Below are positions 50,004 to 60,121 of a stretch of 64,000 nucleotides of DNA, piece by piece. Every line of letters begins with the position of its first letter. Position 1 is the first letter of the stretch. This DNA is from an uncultured Candidatus Saccharibacteria bacterium (GTDB taxonomy: Bacteria > Patescibacteriota > Minisyncoccia > Phycocordibacterales > Phycocordibacteraceae), in NCBI GenBank assembly GCA_964391975.1, contig CAYMNZ010000001.1, positions 15,280 through 79,279 on the forward strand, given 5' to 3'. The notes under the pieces were generated by a model. That model did no database searches. It had not been told where the DNA came from and saw only the letters and a program-made list of their open reading frames with translations. The position numbers and the translations under genes were made by a program.

Positions 50004-52811
50004 ATGTCATCATTACGTACCTGGATTGCCGGAGTAGCCATTCTCCTTTTCGTCGCGGTTGCCGCACCACAGGCGGCCTACGCGAACGAATGCACTGATG
50101 GCTACCAGGAGCAGATAAGCGTGCTGCTCGATCGAATTGCCGACACGTCGTCTGGCCTTGCGCAGCAAATCATGCAGCTCCAGATTCAGCTCCTGCAACT
50201 CCAGATGCAGACGTGCGAGGGTGTCCCTGACACGGATGATGGGGACGTTGATCCGGATGCACCACTTGCGCTTACCGTTCCAAACGGTGGCGAGCGCTGG
50301 GAGGTAGGTTCCACCAATAGCATCACGTGGACCCCCTACGGCTACAATCCTGAAATCAATGTGTCGAGCGATGTTAAGGCCTATCTTGAGAAGAAGAAGG
50401 GTAATGGGTTTGTGAAGGTGGGAGAAATCGTTCCCTCAGGCAAGGCTTCGATACACTGGGACGGACAGATTAACGACTATAACGAATGGCCAAGTCCTGG
50501 TTCGTACTACATACGCATCGTGAACGAAAAGACGGGTGAGAGCGATCGAAGTGACAAGGCCTTCACGCTTACCGAACGTTCCGTTGATATCAAGGTCAAT
50601 GGGAGCGATGGGCCAGTGGACCTTGAGGACGGTGAGAAGATTGTGATTTCCTGGAAGACCAAAGGCTCGTTCACGTCCTGTTCCATCTCTTCGATAAGCA
50701 ATAACCCGAATCTCGATTATTCGACGGGTTTCGGCAGCGTCGGTAAGAGTGGCCGCGCTACCGCCTACTACACCGGTGACGGCTCACCAATCGGACTCAA
50801 CTGTGATCGCTCTGATGGTACGGGGCGTTACGACAGCGTGTACGTCAACTTCGAGGATGGCTCGACCTCCGCAATGATTAATGTGGATGTTCCCAATGGT
50901 GGCGAGGTCATCAATCCGGACCGCGAAATGCAGATTGCCTTCAATCACCGAGGTGTCGACCGCGTCTCCCTTGCACTCTATAAGAACGATAAGTGGAAGT
51001 ATTGGATTTATCGTGACCAGCCGATTGAGAAGGACCTCACTCCGTATTCGTGGGTTCCGAGCAGCGCTCTTCAGGGACTCGGCGAGGGCGACAACGCAGG
51101 CGCAATCTTCAAGATTTACGTGACCGGCCACAAGAGTGATGGCACAGGCTATGTGGATGATAAGAGCAACCAGGCGTTCAGCTTCGGTGCGACCAACACT
51201 CCGCCGGCCGCAAACAACACGCGTATAAACGTCGACGTCGAAGGGGAGCGACCACTCATCGTCGGAAATACTTATCGGGTTTCCTGGCGAGACGGCGGTG
51301 GGCACTTTGGCTTAAGCGGTGTGCCAATAGACGAGGTCATGAGGAAATTCCCGAATGCGGTCGGGCACATCCACGCGAGGAACCAGGATATGTCGACCGG
51401 TATCGGCCAGACGGTCGCGAAGAAGCTTACGAAAGCCCAGATTCTTTCAGGAAGGACGGACTGGACCATCCTGGACTACAGCAATGACGGACGCGAGATG
51501 CCTACGGGTGGCTACCGCATTGAGATGGATATCAGCCTCCCGAGCGGAGTAGTGCTTGCAAACGGCACGGGCGGACTCTTCAATCTTGAAGGTGAAGATG
51601 CAGAGGAGGGAGCGGAGATTGTCGACATCGACCTTGATGTAGAAGTCCTTAATCAGAGCGCCGCGCCCCTTCAAGTAATAGCGACTGCGGAAATCGAAGC
51701 TGAAGGTCCTGACTGTCCTCTTGAGTTCCCGACCCCCACTCTTACGTGGGGAGACGGCACGACCGGCTCAATCATGGCGCAGACGGTGTCGACCGCTGGG
51801 AACTCTTCCAGCTGGTGCCGACAGACGCTCACGATGGCGTACGACCATACGTACAGCGCCGCAGGCTCGTACACTCTGGTCTTCAAAGCAGGTGGGCTTA
51901 CGAAGTCAGTCACGATACAGGTAGCCGGGACTGGGACTTCCTCCGGTACCGTCGACAACCAGACGTACGCTACTCCGTATCCGACCCTTACCGGTACCGC
52001 ACGCGGCACTTCGGCGGTGGGACTCAACATCGTCAAAGGGGACAAGATATACGGAAGCGGGAAAATCCTAGTCTCAAGCGGACGATGGTCACATGTGGTG
52101 AGTGAGAGTATTCCTGCAGGTACCTATGACGTCGTCCTCTACAACTACGGCACGAATGCCAGAATCGCCTCAGGAACAATCACCATACAGTTGAGAAGCG
52201 AAGGGACCACGAGCTGTAGCGCGTCGGTAACCCCGAGCTCTATAACCCGAGGAAGTGCTGCGGTGCTCAAGTGGAGCAGCAAGAACGCGTCATACGTCTT
52301 GCTTGATGGTGAGAAGGCAGAGGCGTCCGACAGCAAGTCGGTGAGTCCGACTGCCACGAAGACTTACTATTTCACCGTGCTCGGTATGAGTGGAGGGAAG
52401 AGTGCGTGCTCGACGACACTTACGGTCACCGAGCCTGAGACACCGGGCCCAGCCGCTACGCCGACGGTTACGTTCTCAGGTCCGCGGATCGCCACCGCAG
52501 AAAGCGGAGCCATGCTCTCTTGGAGCACCACGAACGCAAAGCGTTGTGTGCTCTCAAGCAGCGACGGCAACGAGTGGAATGTGCCCGTCAACAATGACAA
52601 CTACATGGTGTATCCGTACGAGACAACGACGTACAGACTCTGGTGCGCAAACGACACCGGGGGAGGCAAGGATGGCCCGTCTGCGGAGAAGAGCATTACG
52701 GTCCGTATCTTCGAACGTCGTGACGGCCGGCTCGAGGCGTCCGCACTCATGTCGGTCCAGAGTCAGCTCGATGCGATTCTTAAGGGAATGAAGGAACTCT
52801 TCGGAAACTAA
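50004..52811 (+). CDS. Large secreted multi-Ig-domain surface protein
   Basis: Signal peptide; PNGGE repeats, PKD-like WGDG..HTY, repeated L.WS..NA..C domains; terminator 52823-52857. Confidence 0.8.
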   Translation: MSSLRTWIAGVAILLFVAVAAPQAAYANECTDGYQEQISVLLDRIADTSSGLAQQIMQLQIQLLQLQMQTCEGVPDTDDGDVDPDAPLALTVPNGGERWEVGSTNSITWTPYGYNPEINVSSDVKAYLEKKKGNGFVKVGEIVPSGKASIHWDGQINDYNEWPSPGSYYIRIVNEKTGESDRSDKAFTLTERSVDIKVNGSDGPVDLEDGEKIVISWKTKGSFTSCSISSISNNPNLDYSTGFGSVGKSGRATAYYTGDGSPIGLNCDRSDGTGRYDSVYVNFEDGSTSAMINVDVPNGGEVINPDREMQIAFNHRGVDRVSLALYKNDKWKYWIYRDQPIEKDLTPYSWVPSSALQGLGEGDNAGAIFKIYVTGHKSDGTGYVDDKSNQAFSFGATNTPPAANNTRINVDVEGERPLIVGNTYRVSWRDGGGHFGLSGVPIDEVMRKFPNAVGHIHARNQDMSTGIGQTVAKKLTKAQILSGRTDWTILDYSNDGREMPTGGYRIEMDISLPSGVVLANGTGGLFNLEGEDAEEGAEIVDIDLDVEVLNQSAAPLQVIATAEIEAEGPDCPLEFPTPTLTWGDGTTGSIMAQTVSTAGNSSSWCRQTLTMAYDHTYSAAGSYTLVFKAGGLTKSVTIQVAGTGTSSGTVDNQTYATPYPTLTGTARGTSAVGLNIVKGDKIYGSGKILVSSGRWSHVVSESIPAGTYDVVLYNYGTNARIASGTITIQLRSEGTTSCSASVTPSSITRGSAAVLKWSSKNASYVLLDGEKAEASDSKSVSPTATKTYYFTVLGMSGGKSACSTTLTVTEPETPGPAATPTVTFSGPRIATAESGAMLSWSTTNAKRCVLSSSDGNEWNVPVNNDNYMVYPYETTTYRLWCANDTGGGKDGPSAEKSITVRIFERRDGRLEASALMSVQSQLDAILKGMKELFGN

Positions 52812-52881
52812 GGCTTCTCTAAAAACACCCGCAGGGCCCTTGGCTCTGCGGGTGTTTGTGTATCTGCTAGTATGGGTGCCT

Positions 52882-54021
52882 ATGGCCCCCGATGACATTC
52901 TTGCCGCCTACCGGAAGGTAGGTGGGCGCGTTGAAACCCGCGGCAAGGTGACCCTCTCCACCAAGGAGGACTTCGCGCTCTTTTACACGCCGGGCGTGGG
53001 CAAGGTGTCGACCTATCTTGCAGAACATCCTGAAGACGCACGCGAACTCTCTATAAAAGGAAACAGTGTTGCAGTCGTGTCTGATGGCACGGCGGTGCTA
53101 GGGCTCGGCAACATTGGTCCGTATGGCGCGCTTCCGGTTATGGAAGGAAAGGCGCTTATCTTCAAACAGCTTGCGAACATCGATGCGTGGCCGTTGGTGC
53201 TTGATACCAAGGACCCAGAAGAAATTATCCGCATTGTGAAAGCAATAGCTCCGAATTTTGGTGGCATAAACCTCGAGGACATTGCCGCCCCACAGTGTTT
53301 CGAGATTGAACGCAGGCTTATCGAAGAGCTCGATATCCCAGTGATGCATGACGATCAGCACGGCACTGCCATTGTGACGCTTGCGGGTTTGATTAACGCA
53401 GCGAAAGTTACGGGTCGTGACCTCAACACTTCAAGGGTTGTGGTAAATGGTGTGGGAGCTGCAGGCAGCGCCATCATGCGTCTCTTGAAGCGCTATGCAG
53501 CGGGCATGACTATTATCGCTGTTGATACGAAGGGCATCATCTCAACTGGACTTGAGGGACTCAATCCAGAGAAGCGTTCACTCATTGACGATGGCATCAT
53601 TTCAGGGGAGGAGAGTGGGGATTTGGCAAAGGCGCTTACTGGTGCGGATATCTTCATTGGCGTCTCGAAGGGCAACATTCTTTCAGGTGAGATGGTGAAG
53701 ACGATGAGCGCAAACCCCATCATCTTCGCAATGGCGAATCCAGTGCCGGAAATCATGCCGGAGGAGGCGAAGGCAGCCGGGGCTGCGATTATGGCAACGG
53801 GACGCTCTGACTTCCCGAACCAGATAAACAACGCGCTCGTGTTTCCGGGCGTCTTCCGCGGAGCGCTTGATGGCAAGGTCCGCAAGATTACGGAAGACAT
53901 GAAGCTCAATGCTGCGAAGGCTATTGCAGCGCTTGTTGAGACACCAACTGCTGAACACATCATCCCGGACATTCTTGACGAACGGGTGGTGGGAGCGGTC
54001 GCTAAAGCTATACAGTCATGA
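52882..54021 (+). CDS. NAD(P)-dependent malic enzyme
   Basis: YTPGV, SDGTAVLGLG, NLEDI, HDDQHGTA, NQINN. Confidence 0.95.
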   Translation: MAPDDILAAYRKVGGRVETRGKVTLSTKEDFALFYTPGVGKVSTYLAEHPEDARELSIKGNSVAVVSDGTAVLGLGNIGPYGALPVMEGKALIFKQLANIDAWPLVLDTKDPEEIIRIVKAIAPNFGGINLEDIAAPQCFEIERRLIEELDIPVMHDDQHGTAIVTLAGLINAAKVTGRDLNTSRVVVNGVGAAGSAIMRLLKRYAAGMTIIAVDTKGIISTGLEGLNPEKRSLIDDGIISGEESGDLAKALTGADIFIGVSKGNILSGEMVKTMSANPIIFAMANPVPEIMPEEAKAAGAAIMATGRSDFPNQINNALVFPGVFRGALDGKVRKITEDMKLNAAKAIAALVETPTAEHIIPDILDERVVGAVAKAIQS

Positions 54022-55280
54022 ACATCCTCGTTCTAGGTTCGGGTGGAAGGGAACACGCACTCGCGTGGAAGATTAACCAGTCCACCATGACGGAGAAGCT
54101 CTATATCGCCCCAGGAAATGGCGGAACGACTGCCTTCGGAGAGAATGTTGCGCTCGACATCAAGGACCACCAGTCAATTATTAATTTCTGTACGGAGAAA
54201 CACATCGAACTCGTGGTAGTCGGTCCTGACGATTATCTTGCTACCGGCATCGTGGATTCGCTTGTTGCTGCAGGCATCTTTGCATTCGGCCCCACACGCA
54301 AGGCAGCAGAGGTTGAGTGGTCCAAAGCCTACGCCAAGGAGGTGATGGAAGCTTCGGGCGTGCCTACCGCGCGTAGCCGCACCTTTACGGACTACGAGAC
54401 TGCACGTGACTACCTCTCCACGCATTCAGTTCCCGTTGTGGTGAAGGCAAGCGGCCTTGCGCTCGGTAAGGGCGTCACCATTGCACAGACCTTTGATGAG
54501 GCGGACGCAGCGCTCAAGGAATGCTTTGTCGATGCAAAGTTTGGCACGGCAGGACAGGAAGTTCTTATTGAGGAGTTCATGGAAGGACTTGAGTTCTCTG
54601 TTCACGCTATTTGTGCCGGAACAGATACGCTTTTGTTCCCATCATCGCAGGACCACAAACGTATATTTGACGGGGATAAAGGTCCCAACACTGGAGGCAT
54701 GGGCGTTGTTGCACCACTTCCACAGGTATCAGAGGAAGTCATGAAGCAGATAGAGGACACGATTGTGCGCCCTACGCTTACGGAACTCGAGAAACGCGGG
54801 CGTTCGTTCTCCGGCATTCTCTATCCGGGCATCATGCTCACCAACGAAGGGCCGAAGGTAATTGAATTTAATGCACGCTTTGGTGACCCGGAAGCACAGG
54901 TGTACATGCGTCTTATGGAAAGCGATATCGTTCCGCTTCTGTTTGCCTCTGCAAAAGGAAGTTTCTTGGGAGTAGAACTCGAGTGGAAGAAGGGAGCAGT
55001 GGCGTGCGTAGTGATGGCGTCAGGAGGGTATCCGGGAGCCTATGAGAGAGGAAAAGAGATAACGGGCCTTACGGAAGCGGAGAAGGACGAGGTGGTGGTA
55101 TTCCATGCAGGGACTAAGAAAGAGGGCGATACGTTTGTCACGAGCGGCGGGCGAGTATTGAACGTAACCGCAACGGGAGACACGCTCAAAGAAGCGCTTG
55201 CGCAAGCGTACAAGGGCGTCGAAGGTATTTCGTTTGAAGGTGCACAGTATCGCACTGATATCGGGGAGAAGGCGCTTTAA
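54018..55280 (+). CDS. purD: Phosphoribosylamine-glycine ligase
   Basis: GSGGREHAL, GPNTGGMG, EFNARFGDPE, SGGRVL. Confidence 0.97.
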   Translation: MNILVLGSGGREHALAWKINQSTMTEKLYIAPGNGGTTAFGENVALDIKDHQSIINFCTEKHIELVVVGPDDYLATGIVDSLVAAGIFAFGPTRKAAEVEWSKAYAKEVMEASGVPTARSRTFTDYETARDYLSTHSVPVVVKASGLALGKGVTIAQTFDEADAALKECFVDAKFGTAGQEVLIEEFMEGLEFSVHAICAGTDTLLFPSSQDHKRIFDGDKGPNTGGMGVVAPLPQVSEEVMKQIEDTIVRPTLTELEKRGRSFSGILYPGIMLTNEGPKVIEFNARFGDPEAQVYMRLMESDIVPLLFASAKGSFLGVELEWKKGAVACVVMASGGYPGAYERGKEITGLTEAEKDEVVVFHAGTKKEGDTFVTSGGRVLNVTATGDTLKEALAQAYKGVEGISFEGAQYRTDIGEKAL

Positions 55281-55639
55281 GCCTTCCGATGCATGAGCGC
55301 AAGTGCGATTGCTGCAAGCGCAATTGAGATATCGCGGAAGAGTACTTCCATCTGGTTCCAATTGAGGAGCACAATCACAACAAGCATCACTGCTGCGATA
55401 ACGCTCGGGATAAAGACGCGCTTGCCGAAGAGTATCCAGAGCGCAAGGATGACTTCGATGACGCCGAAGGCATGGAGCATGAGCATCTGGTTGCTTCCCG
55501 CGAGCTCCATCAAGAACTGCGGGAAATACCCAATCCAGGAATAGGGGTCAACGAGTGCTGAGAGCGGCGGATACAGGAACGAAATTGCAACCGCGACTCT
55601 CAGCAAGGTCTCTGGAAGAGGGAGAGAGAAGGGTCGCAT
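55277..55639 (-). CDS. DoxX-like membrane protein
   Basis: LLRVAVA, GVIEVILA, FRDISI. Confidence 0.7.
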   Translation of the reverse strand: MRPFSLPLPETLLRVAVAISFLYPPLSALVDPYSWIGYFPQFLMELAGSNQMLMLHAFGVIEVILALWILFGKRVFIPSVIAAVMLVVIVLLNWNQMEVLFRDISIALAAIALALMHRKA

Positions 55640-55640
55640 G

Positions 55641-56111
55641 CTACTTCACGATAACGGTGCCCGTGTCACTTGCTCCTAGATGGTTGTGGTAACCGAAGGT
55701 ACCTGCGGTGTCGAAGGTGAACTCCCACGTGGTGCCGGAGCCAGTTCCATTGCACTGGTCAAAGGAACTACCGGTTGGGCAATGTTCTTGGCGAGTGGTG
55801 CCATCGTAGTCGGCGTGGCTTGGATGCTGGTCTGCTCCTACCCACATGGTCTTGGTGGATTGGTTCACGAAGCGCACGGTGTCGCCGACGTTTACGGTGA
55901 CGGTTGCCGGGCTGAAGCCCTCATTGGTAAGAGTCACCGTAGCAGCAGGAGTTGAACCGATGCCTCCGTCGCTTTCAACTGGGATGGGGGTTTCTCCTTG
56001 TGTGCTGTTGTATTCAGGGGCGAGTACAGGTTCAGTTGCTGGTCCACCGAGGACGACGTAGGCGCCGATACCAAGCACAATGATAACGACGGCAATGATG
56101 AGAATTTTCAT
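55641..56111 (-). CDS. Membrane-anchored cupredoxin-fold protein
   Basis: FSPATVTVNVGDTVRF.N, GTFGYHNH..GTVIV; no canonical type 1 Cu Cys. Confidence 0.75.
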   Translation of the reverse strand: MKILIIAVVIIVLGIGAYVVLGGPATEPVLAPEYNSTQGETPIPVESDGGIGSTPAATVTLTNEGFSPATVTVNVGDTVRFVNQSTKTMWVGADQHPSHADYDGTTRQEHCPTGSSFDQCNGTGSGTTWEFTFDTAGTFGYHNHLGASDTGTVIVK

Positions 56112-56230
56112 GGTCTGGTGGTTAGGGGATTCTCTCTATTCTAGCAAACCAGACTATCCCCGGAATGGGGCAGAGTGCACTAAGTACAGGCTTTGCCAAT
56201 TCTTCATTCGTAGGCCATACTAGGGCAGCT

Positions 56231-57235
56231 GTGACGAAGCTCGATATCATCGTTGATCTCCAATACGGGGATTCCGGAAAGGGCAAGGTAGCCCATTTTT
56301 TGTGTAAGAAGAATAAGTACACCCACGTTATCCGCTACAACGGCGGCGCAAACGCAGGGCACACTATTTTCCATAAGGGCGTGAAGTTTGCTACCCACCA
56401 AATACCAGCGGGTGTCTTTTTTGGTGTGAAGTCCATCATTGGTCCGGGCTGCGTCGTGGATGTTGCGGTCCTGATGAAGGAAGCTGCGGAGCTTCAAAAG
56501 CATGGCATCAGGGTGAAGGGCAATCTGTTCGTTGCTAAAAATGCGCACGTTGTTACTGCAGCGCACAAAAAGGAAGATGGCGTCGATAAGAAAATCGGCA
56601 CCACCAAGCGCGGCATTGGTCCGGCCTATCGTGATAAGTTCGCCCGCACCGGCATCCGTGCTGAAGATGTGAAGGCCCTCAAGCCGTATCTCATCGACAT
56701 GTATGAGGAGTTCAAGGGGGGACTCAAGAAAGCACATGTACTCTGCGAAGGCGCACAGGGGTTCGGTCTTGATATCGATTGGGGCGACTATCCATTCGTC
56801 ACTTCAAGTCATTGTCTTTCAGGCGGTGCTCTTTTGAACGGTTTTGCGCCAAAGACCGTGCGCGATGTCTGGGGAATCGCAAAAGTATATGAGACCTATG
56901 TGGGACAGAAGAAGTTTGAACCCAAGGATCCCATCTTCCCGAAGATTCGTGAGGTAGGGGAAGAGTACGGGGTAACGACCGGTCGCGCTCGTCAGTGCAA
57001 CTGGCTTGATATTGAACTCTTGGAGCGTGCAGTGCGCTTAAACGGCGTTACGCACCTCGTGCTTTCCAAGATGGACGTGCTTGATACGGTGAAGGTATGG
57101 AAGGTGCGCGAAGGAAAGAAGACACATAAATTTAAGGACGGTGCGGGTCTCCGGAAGTTCATAAGGAATCGTCTTAAGAAGAGTGGCATTGCTCCTAATC
57201 ACGTGCACTTTTCAGTAAGCAAGGACAAGATTTAA
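56231..57235 (+). CDS. purA: Adenylosuccinate synthetase (short form)
   Basis: LQYGDSGKGK, GGANAGHT, GTTKRGIGPAY, EGAQG, TTGRAR. Confidence 0.95.
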   Translation: MTKLDIIVDLQYGDSGKGKVAHFLCKKNKYTHVIRYNGGANAGHTIFHKGVKFATHQIPAGVFFGVKSIIGPGCVVDVAVLMKEAAELQKHGIRVKGNLFVAKNAHVVTAAHKKEDGVDKKIGTTKRGIGPAYRDKFARTGIRAEDVKALKPYLIDMYEEFKGGLKKAHVLCEGAQGFGLDIDWGDYPFVTSSHCLSGGALLNGFAPKTVRDVWGIAKVYETYVGQKKFEPKDPIFPKIREVGEEYGVTTGRARQCNWLDIELLERAVRLNGVTHLVLSKMDVLDTVKVWKVREGKKTHKFKDGAGLRKFIRNRLKKSGIAPNHVHFSVSKDKI

Positions 57236-57251
57236 TACGCACGGGTCGTTC

Positions 57252-57803
57252 ATGAACATCGACCGCATAGTCATTCCGCAATACGAAGAAGGAAAGACGC
57301 CGGAACTTGGGCACTTTACGCCGAGTACCATTGAACAGCTGCCGTCTGGGATTTTGAAGGAAAGCGGCAATGAAATTAATCTCAATGAGATTGAGTCAGT
57401 TGCTTCTGCCGCCCATGATAACGGTGTTGTGACGTATCGAATCTCAATGCATCCCACGCAAGGAAAAGAGCCGCACCAAGCTATCTATTTTGTGGATTAT
57501 GCAGAAGCGAAAGAGGCAGGATATTTACGAGTCGACCACACCGACCAAATGTCCTTCGCGCGGAACATACGCACAGATGATGCATTTGAAGGCAAAGGAC
57601 TCGCAGCTCAGCGGCTTATCATGGCGCACCAGTATTGCCTTGAGCGTTACGGCCAAGAACTCTATTCCGGACTCGCGACGCTTACCGAAGGGCGAAGTCT
57701 CTGGAAGAGTCTCATAGCGAAAGGATTCGTTGAACCAACCGGGAATGTGATAAATCACCTCTATCGTTTCAAAGCGAACCTGCCTCCTACGGACGCTGCT
57801 TAG
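57252..57803 (+). CDS. Hypothetical protein, GNAT-like
   Basis: FEGKGLA motif A-like; LWKSL..KG. Confidence 0.6.
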   Translation: MNIDRIVIPQYEEGKTPELGHFTPSTIEQLPSGILKESGNEINLNEIESVASAAHDNGVVTYRISMHPTQGKEPHQAIYFVDYAEAKEAGYLRVDHTDQMSFARNIRTDDAFEGKGLAAQRLIMAHQYCLERYGQELYSGLATLTEGRSLWKSLIAKGFVEPTGNVINHLYRFKANLPPTDAA

Positions 57804-58471
57804 CCTTTCTTCCGATACTCGTTCACTGCATTATGTGCGAGACGCGTCGGCTCCGGCATACGATGTTTCTGCACGCAGCCCAGCACTACCTCAATTGATT
57901 CCTCAAGGGTGATGAGATGTCCGGGAGAGATGAACATCGGCTTCACGTTGTTCTTCGTGCGCACTGCCGCTCCAATGATGTCCTTAGTTGCTTTGTCATA
58001 CATATACGAGATGGAACCCTGCTCCTTCCCTGGTTCCTCAAAGACCCCAGTCAGCACGCTCTTGGCGCATCCGATGGTAGGGATGCCGAGCATAAGACCC
58101 AGGTGCGACGCGATGCCAAGCCTTCGTGGGTGTGCAATGCCGACACCATCGACCAAGAGTACGTCCGGCTGTATCGCAAGGTCTTCCCAAGCGCTAAGGA
58201 GCATAGGAATTTCGCGGAAGGAAAGAAGTCCTGGAATGTACGGGAAGCCGATGGGAGCTTTCACCACCGAGACTGCAACTGGTTCTTGTTCCGGGTACAT
58301 GAGCGTGACAAAGCCTGCGAAGCCGTCTTTCGCAAAGAGACTCATGGAAACATCAGCACCACCGACAAATGTTATCGGTTTTTCAAGTGGCACGAGTTCC
58401 ACGCGCTCGCGCAGACGCTTCTGGATGTCGACCGCTTCACGAGGGGAGACATTCCAGATTGCCGTTTCCAT
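57800..58471 (-). CDS. nfi: Endonuclease V
   Basis: GADVS, FPYIPGLLSFRE, VDGVGIAHPRRLGIASH. Confidence 0.96.
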   Translation of the reverse strand: METAIWNVSPREAVDIQKRLRERVELVPLEKPITFVGGADVSMSLFAKDGFAGFVTLMYPEQEPVAVSVVKAPIGFPYIPGLLSFREIPMLLSAWEDLAIQPDVLLVDGVGIAHPRRLGIASHLGLMLGIPTIGCAKSVLTGVFEEPGKEQGSISYMYDKATKDIIGAAVRTKNNVKPMFISPGHLITLEESIEVVLGCVQKHRMPEPTRLAHNAVNEYRKKG

Positions 58472-58472
58472 A

Positions 58473-59315
58473 TCAAGCAGGGAAGAGGTCGCGCAGTTCG
58501 TCGGAGCGGAAGAAGCGACCTCCTAAGTCACCAAAGCTGTAGACGTTTCCTCCTACTTCAATAGGAGCTCCACCGATTGCAGGCGTGGGACCAGGGCGTG
58601 AGTTCGCAAACCCGATGTTAAAGAGCGTCACGAGTATTTCCGGACGGTTGCCAAGGTCAAAGCCCGCCTGCTTCCATTGTGCTCCTACTTCCTTGAGATA
58701 GAGAGCGGTATAGAGATAGGAGTAGTAGTGGTCCTTGTCATCGGTAAGCCGATTGTAGAGCTCGGCGTTCTGGTCAACACCGGGCGCGTACTCAATAAGC
58801 TTGGCGAATTCAGGACCAGGATAGAAGGGAGAGGTGGGGTCCGCTGCGTGGAGTTCTATTTCCCGCGCCGTCTCCTGCTTGATGCCCGATACGCCCAAGG
58901 AAAACTGCGTGAGAGAACCAAGGATTTTGAGCGGTTCGAAATAACGCTTGAACACTTCGCGCTCGGAGGTAAAGAAGCGAATCTGCTCTGGAATAACGAC
59001 CGCAGCTATAAGACGTGCGGAAACGCCAGTCTCCTTTGAAACTCGCTTGATGAGTTCAGCGTCCTTGGTAAGCCCTCCAGCGACCACCACCCATTCGGGT
59101 GTTTCCTTCCAGTCGCAGGAGGAAATCCCGTCCTTAATGCAGGGCTCTGCAGGAATCTCCTGGCCATCCGTAAAGAACGCGTTGCGCTCAAGGATGGAGC
59201 CACGCACGTTAAGCAGCCCGAACTGCATGGCGATAAACACCAAGGTAAAGGCGAGCCCCACCACCGCAAAGACGGTGACGAGGGCGTAGAAGAGTTTTTT
59301 GAGCAATCGCGGCAT
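58473..59315 (-). CDS. Hypothetical membrane-anchored protein (lysozyme-like/DUF1402-like)
   Basis: N-terminal TM; EQIR, SLGVSGIK, TLFNIG. Confidence 0.55.
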   Translation of the reverse strand: MPRLLKKLFYALVTVFAVVGLAFTLVFIAMQFGLLNVRGSILERNAFFTDGQEIPAEPCIKDGISSCDWKETPEWVVVAGGLTKDAELIKRVSKETGVSARLIAAVVIPEQIRFFTSEREVFKRYFEPLKILGSLTQFSLGVSGIKQETAREIELHAADPTSPFYPGPEFAKLIEYAPGVDQNAELYNRLTDDKDHYYSYLYTALYLKEVGAQWKQAGFDLGNRPEILVTLFNIGFANSRPGPTPAIGGAPIEVGGNVYSFGDLGGRFFRSDELRDLFPA

Positions 59316-59371
59316 AGTTCCTCTATAGCAGGAACTATGAGTTTGCGCGACTGTGGATGAGATTCCTATGT

Positions 59372-59461
59372 TGGCGGAGACGCAGGGATTCGAACCCTGG
59401 AGAGCTTTTACACCCTACCTCGTTAGCAGTGAGGCGCTTTCGACCACTCAGCCACGTCTCC
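59372..59461 (-). tRNA. tRNA-Ser (anticodon GCU)
   Basis: GGAGACG...CGTCTCC-G-CCA, long variable arm, loop CTGCTAA. Confidence 0.95.
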
Positions 59462-59487
59462 GGAGCTTCCAAAGTACCACCTAGGGC

Positions 59488-60099
59488 CTAATGCGCCAAT
59501 GCGACGGCAATGACCCGGTCGGCGCCAGCGCCAGTGAGAGTGCGGACGGCTTCACGAAGCGTGCTCCCCGTCGTTAGTACATCGTCCACTACTATATAAA
59601 GGTATGTGGAGTCTGGGGTGCCGGAACGGAAGGCACTGGCGATATTTTCTTGGCGTTTCTCTCTGGTAAGCCTGGTCTGCGGCGTGGTGTCGCGTGTGCG
59701 TGTAAGCAGGTTCGTTTCCATGCGGGCGCCGAGTTGCTTGGCGGTCTTCCGAAGCACTTGCTCTACTTGGTTGTATCCGCGCTCCCGTTTTCTTTTACCA
59801 GAAAGCGGAAGTGGAACGAGGGCGATGTTCCTTTGTTCAAGTTCAGTCTCCTCACTCATGCGCTCGAGAAGATAGTCGGAAAGTACGGAAGCGAGAAGCT
59901 CGGAAGCGGTGGTGTTCCCGTGGTACTTGGTTTCAATGATGAGCGCGTGAACTACTGGCTCGCGATAGGGGAGAAGTGCAGTAACACCACCCTCGTTTGT
60001 TACCGGGTTCACGAGGGCTGCCAGTGTTTCTGGCTGTATCGACCGCACGATACGCTCGGTTTCTCTCGGTGGAAACACAAAATCAAGGAGGCCGCGCAT
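59488..60099 (-). CDS. comF: ComF family competence protein (PRTase domain)
   Basis: VPLPL..RERGYNQ, VVDDVLTTGST. Confidence 0.9.
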   Translation of the reverse strand: MRGLLDFVFPPRETERIVRSIQPETLAALVNPVTNEGGVTALLPYREPVVHALIIETKYHGNTTASELLASVLSDYLLERMSEETELEQRNIALVPLPLSGKRKRERGYNQVEQVLRKTAKQLGARMETNLLTRTRDTTPQTRLTREKRQENIASAFRSGTPDSTYLYIVVDDVLTTGSTLREAVRTLTGAGADRVIAVALAH

Positions 60100-60121
60100 G
60101 TCGCCATGATACACTTTGCGA

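Noticed and set aside
59340-59490. Integrative element at tRNA-Ser or tRNA-Ile
   Set aside because: No integrase and no duplicated 3' end of either tRNA was found in the window.
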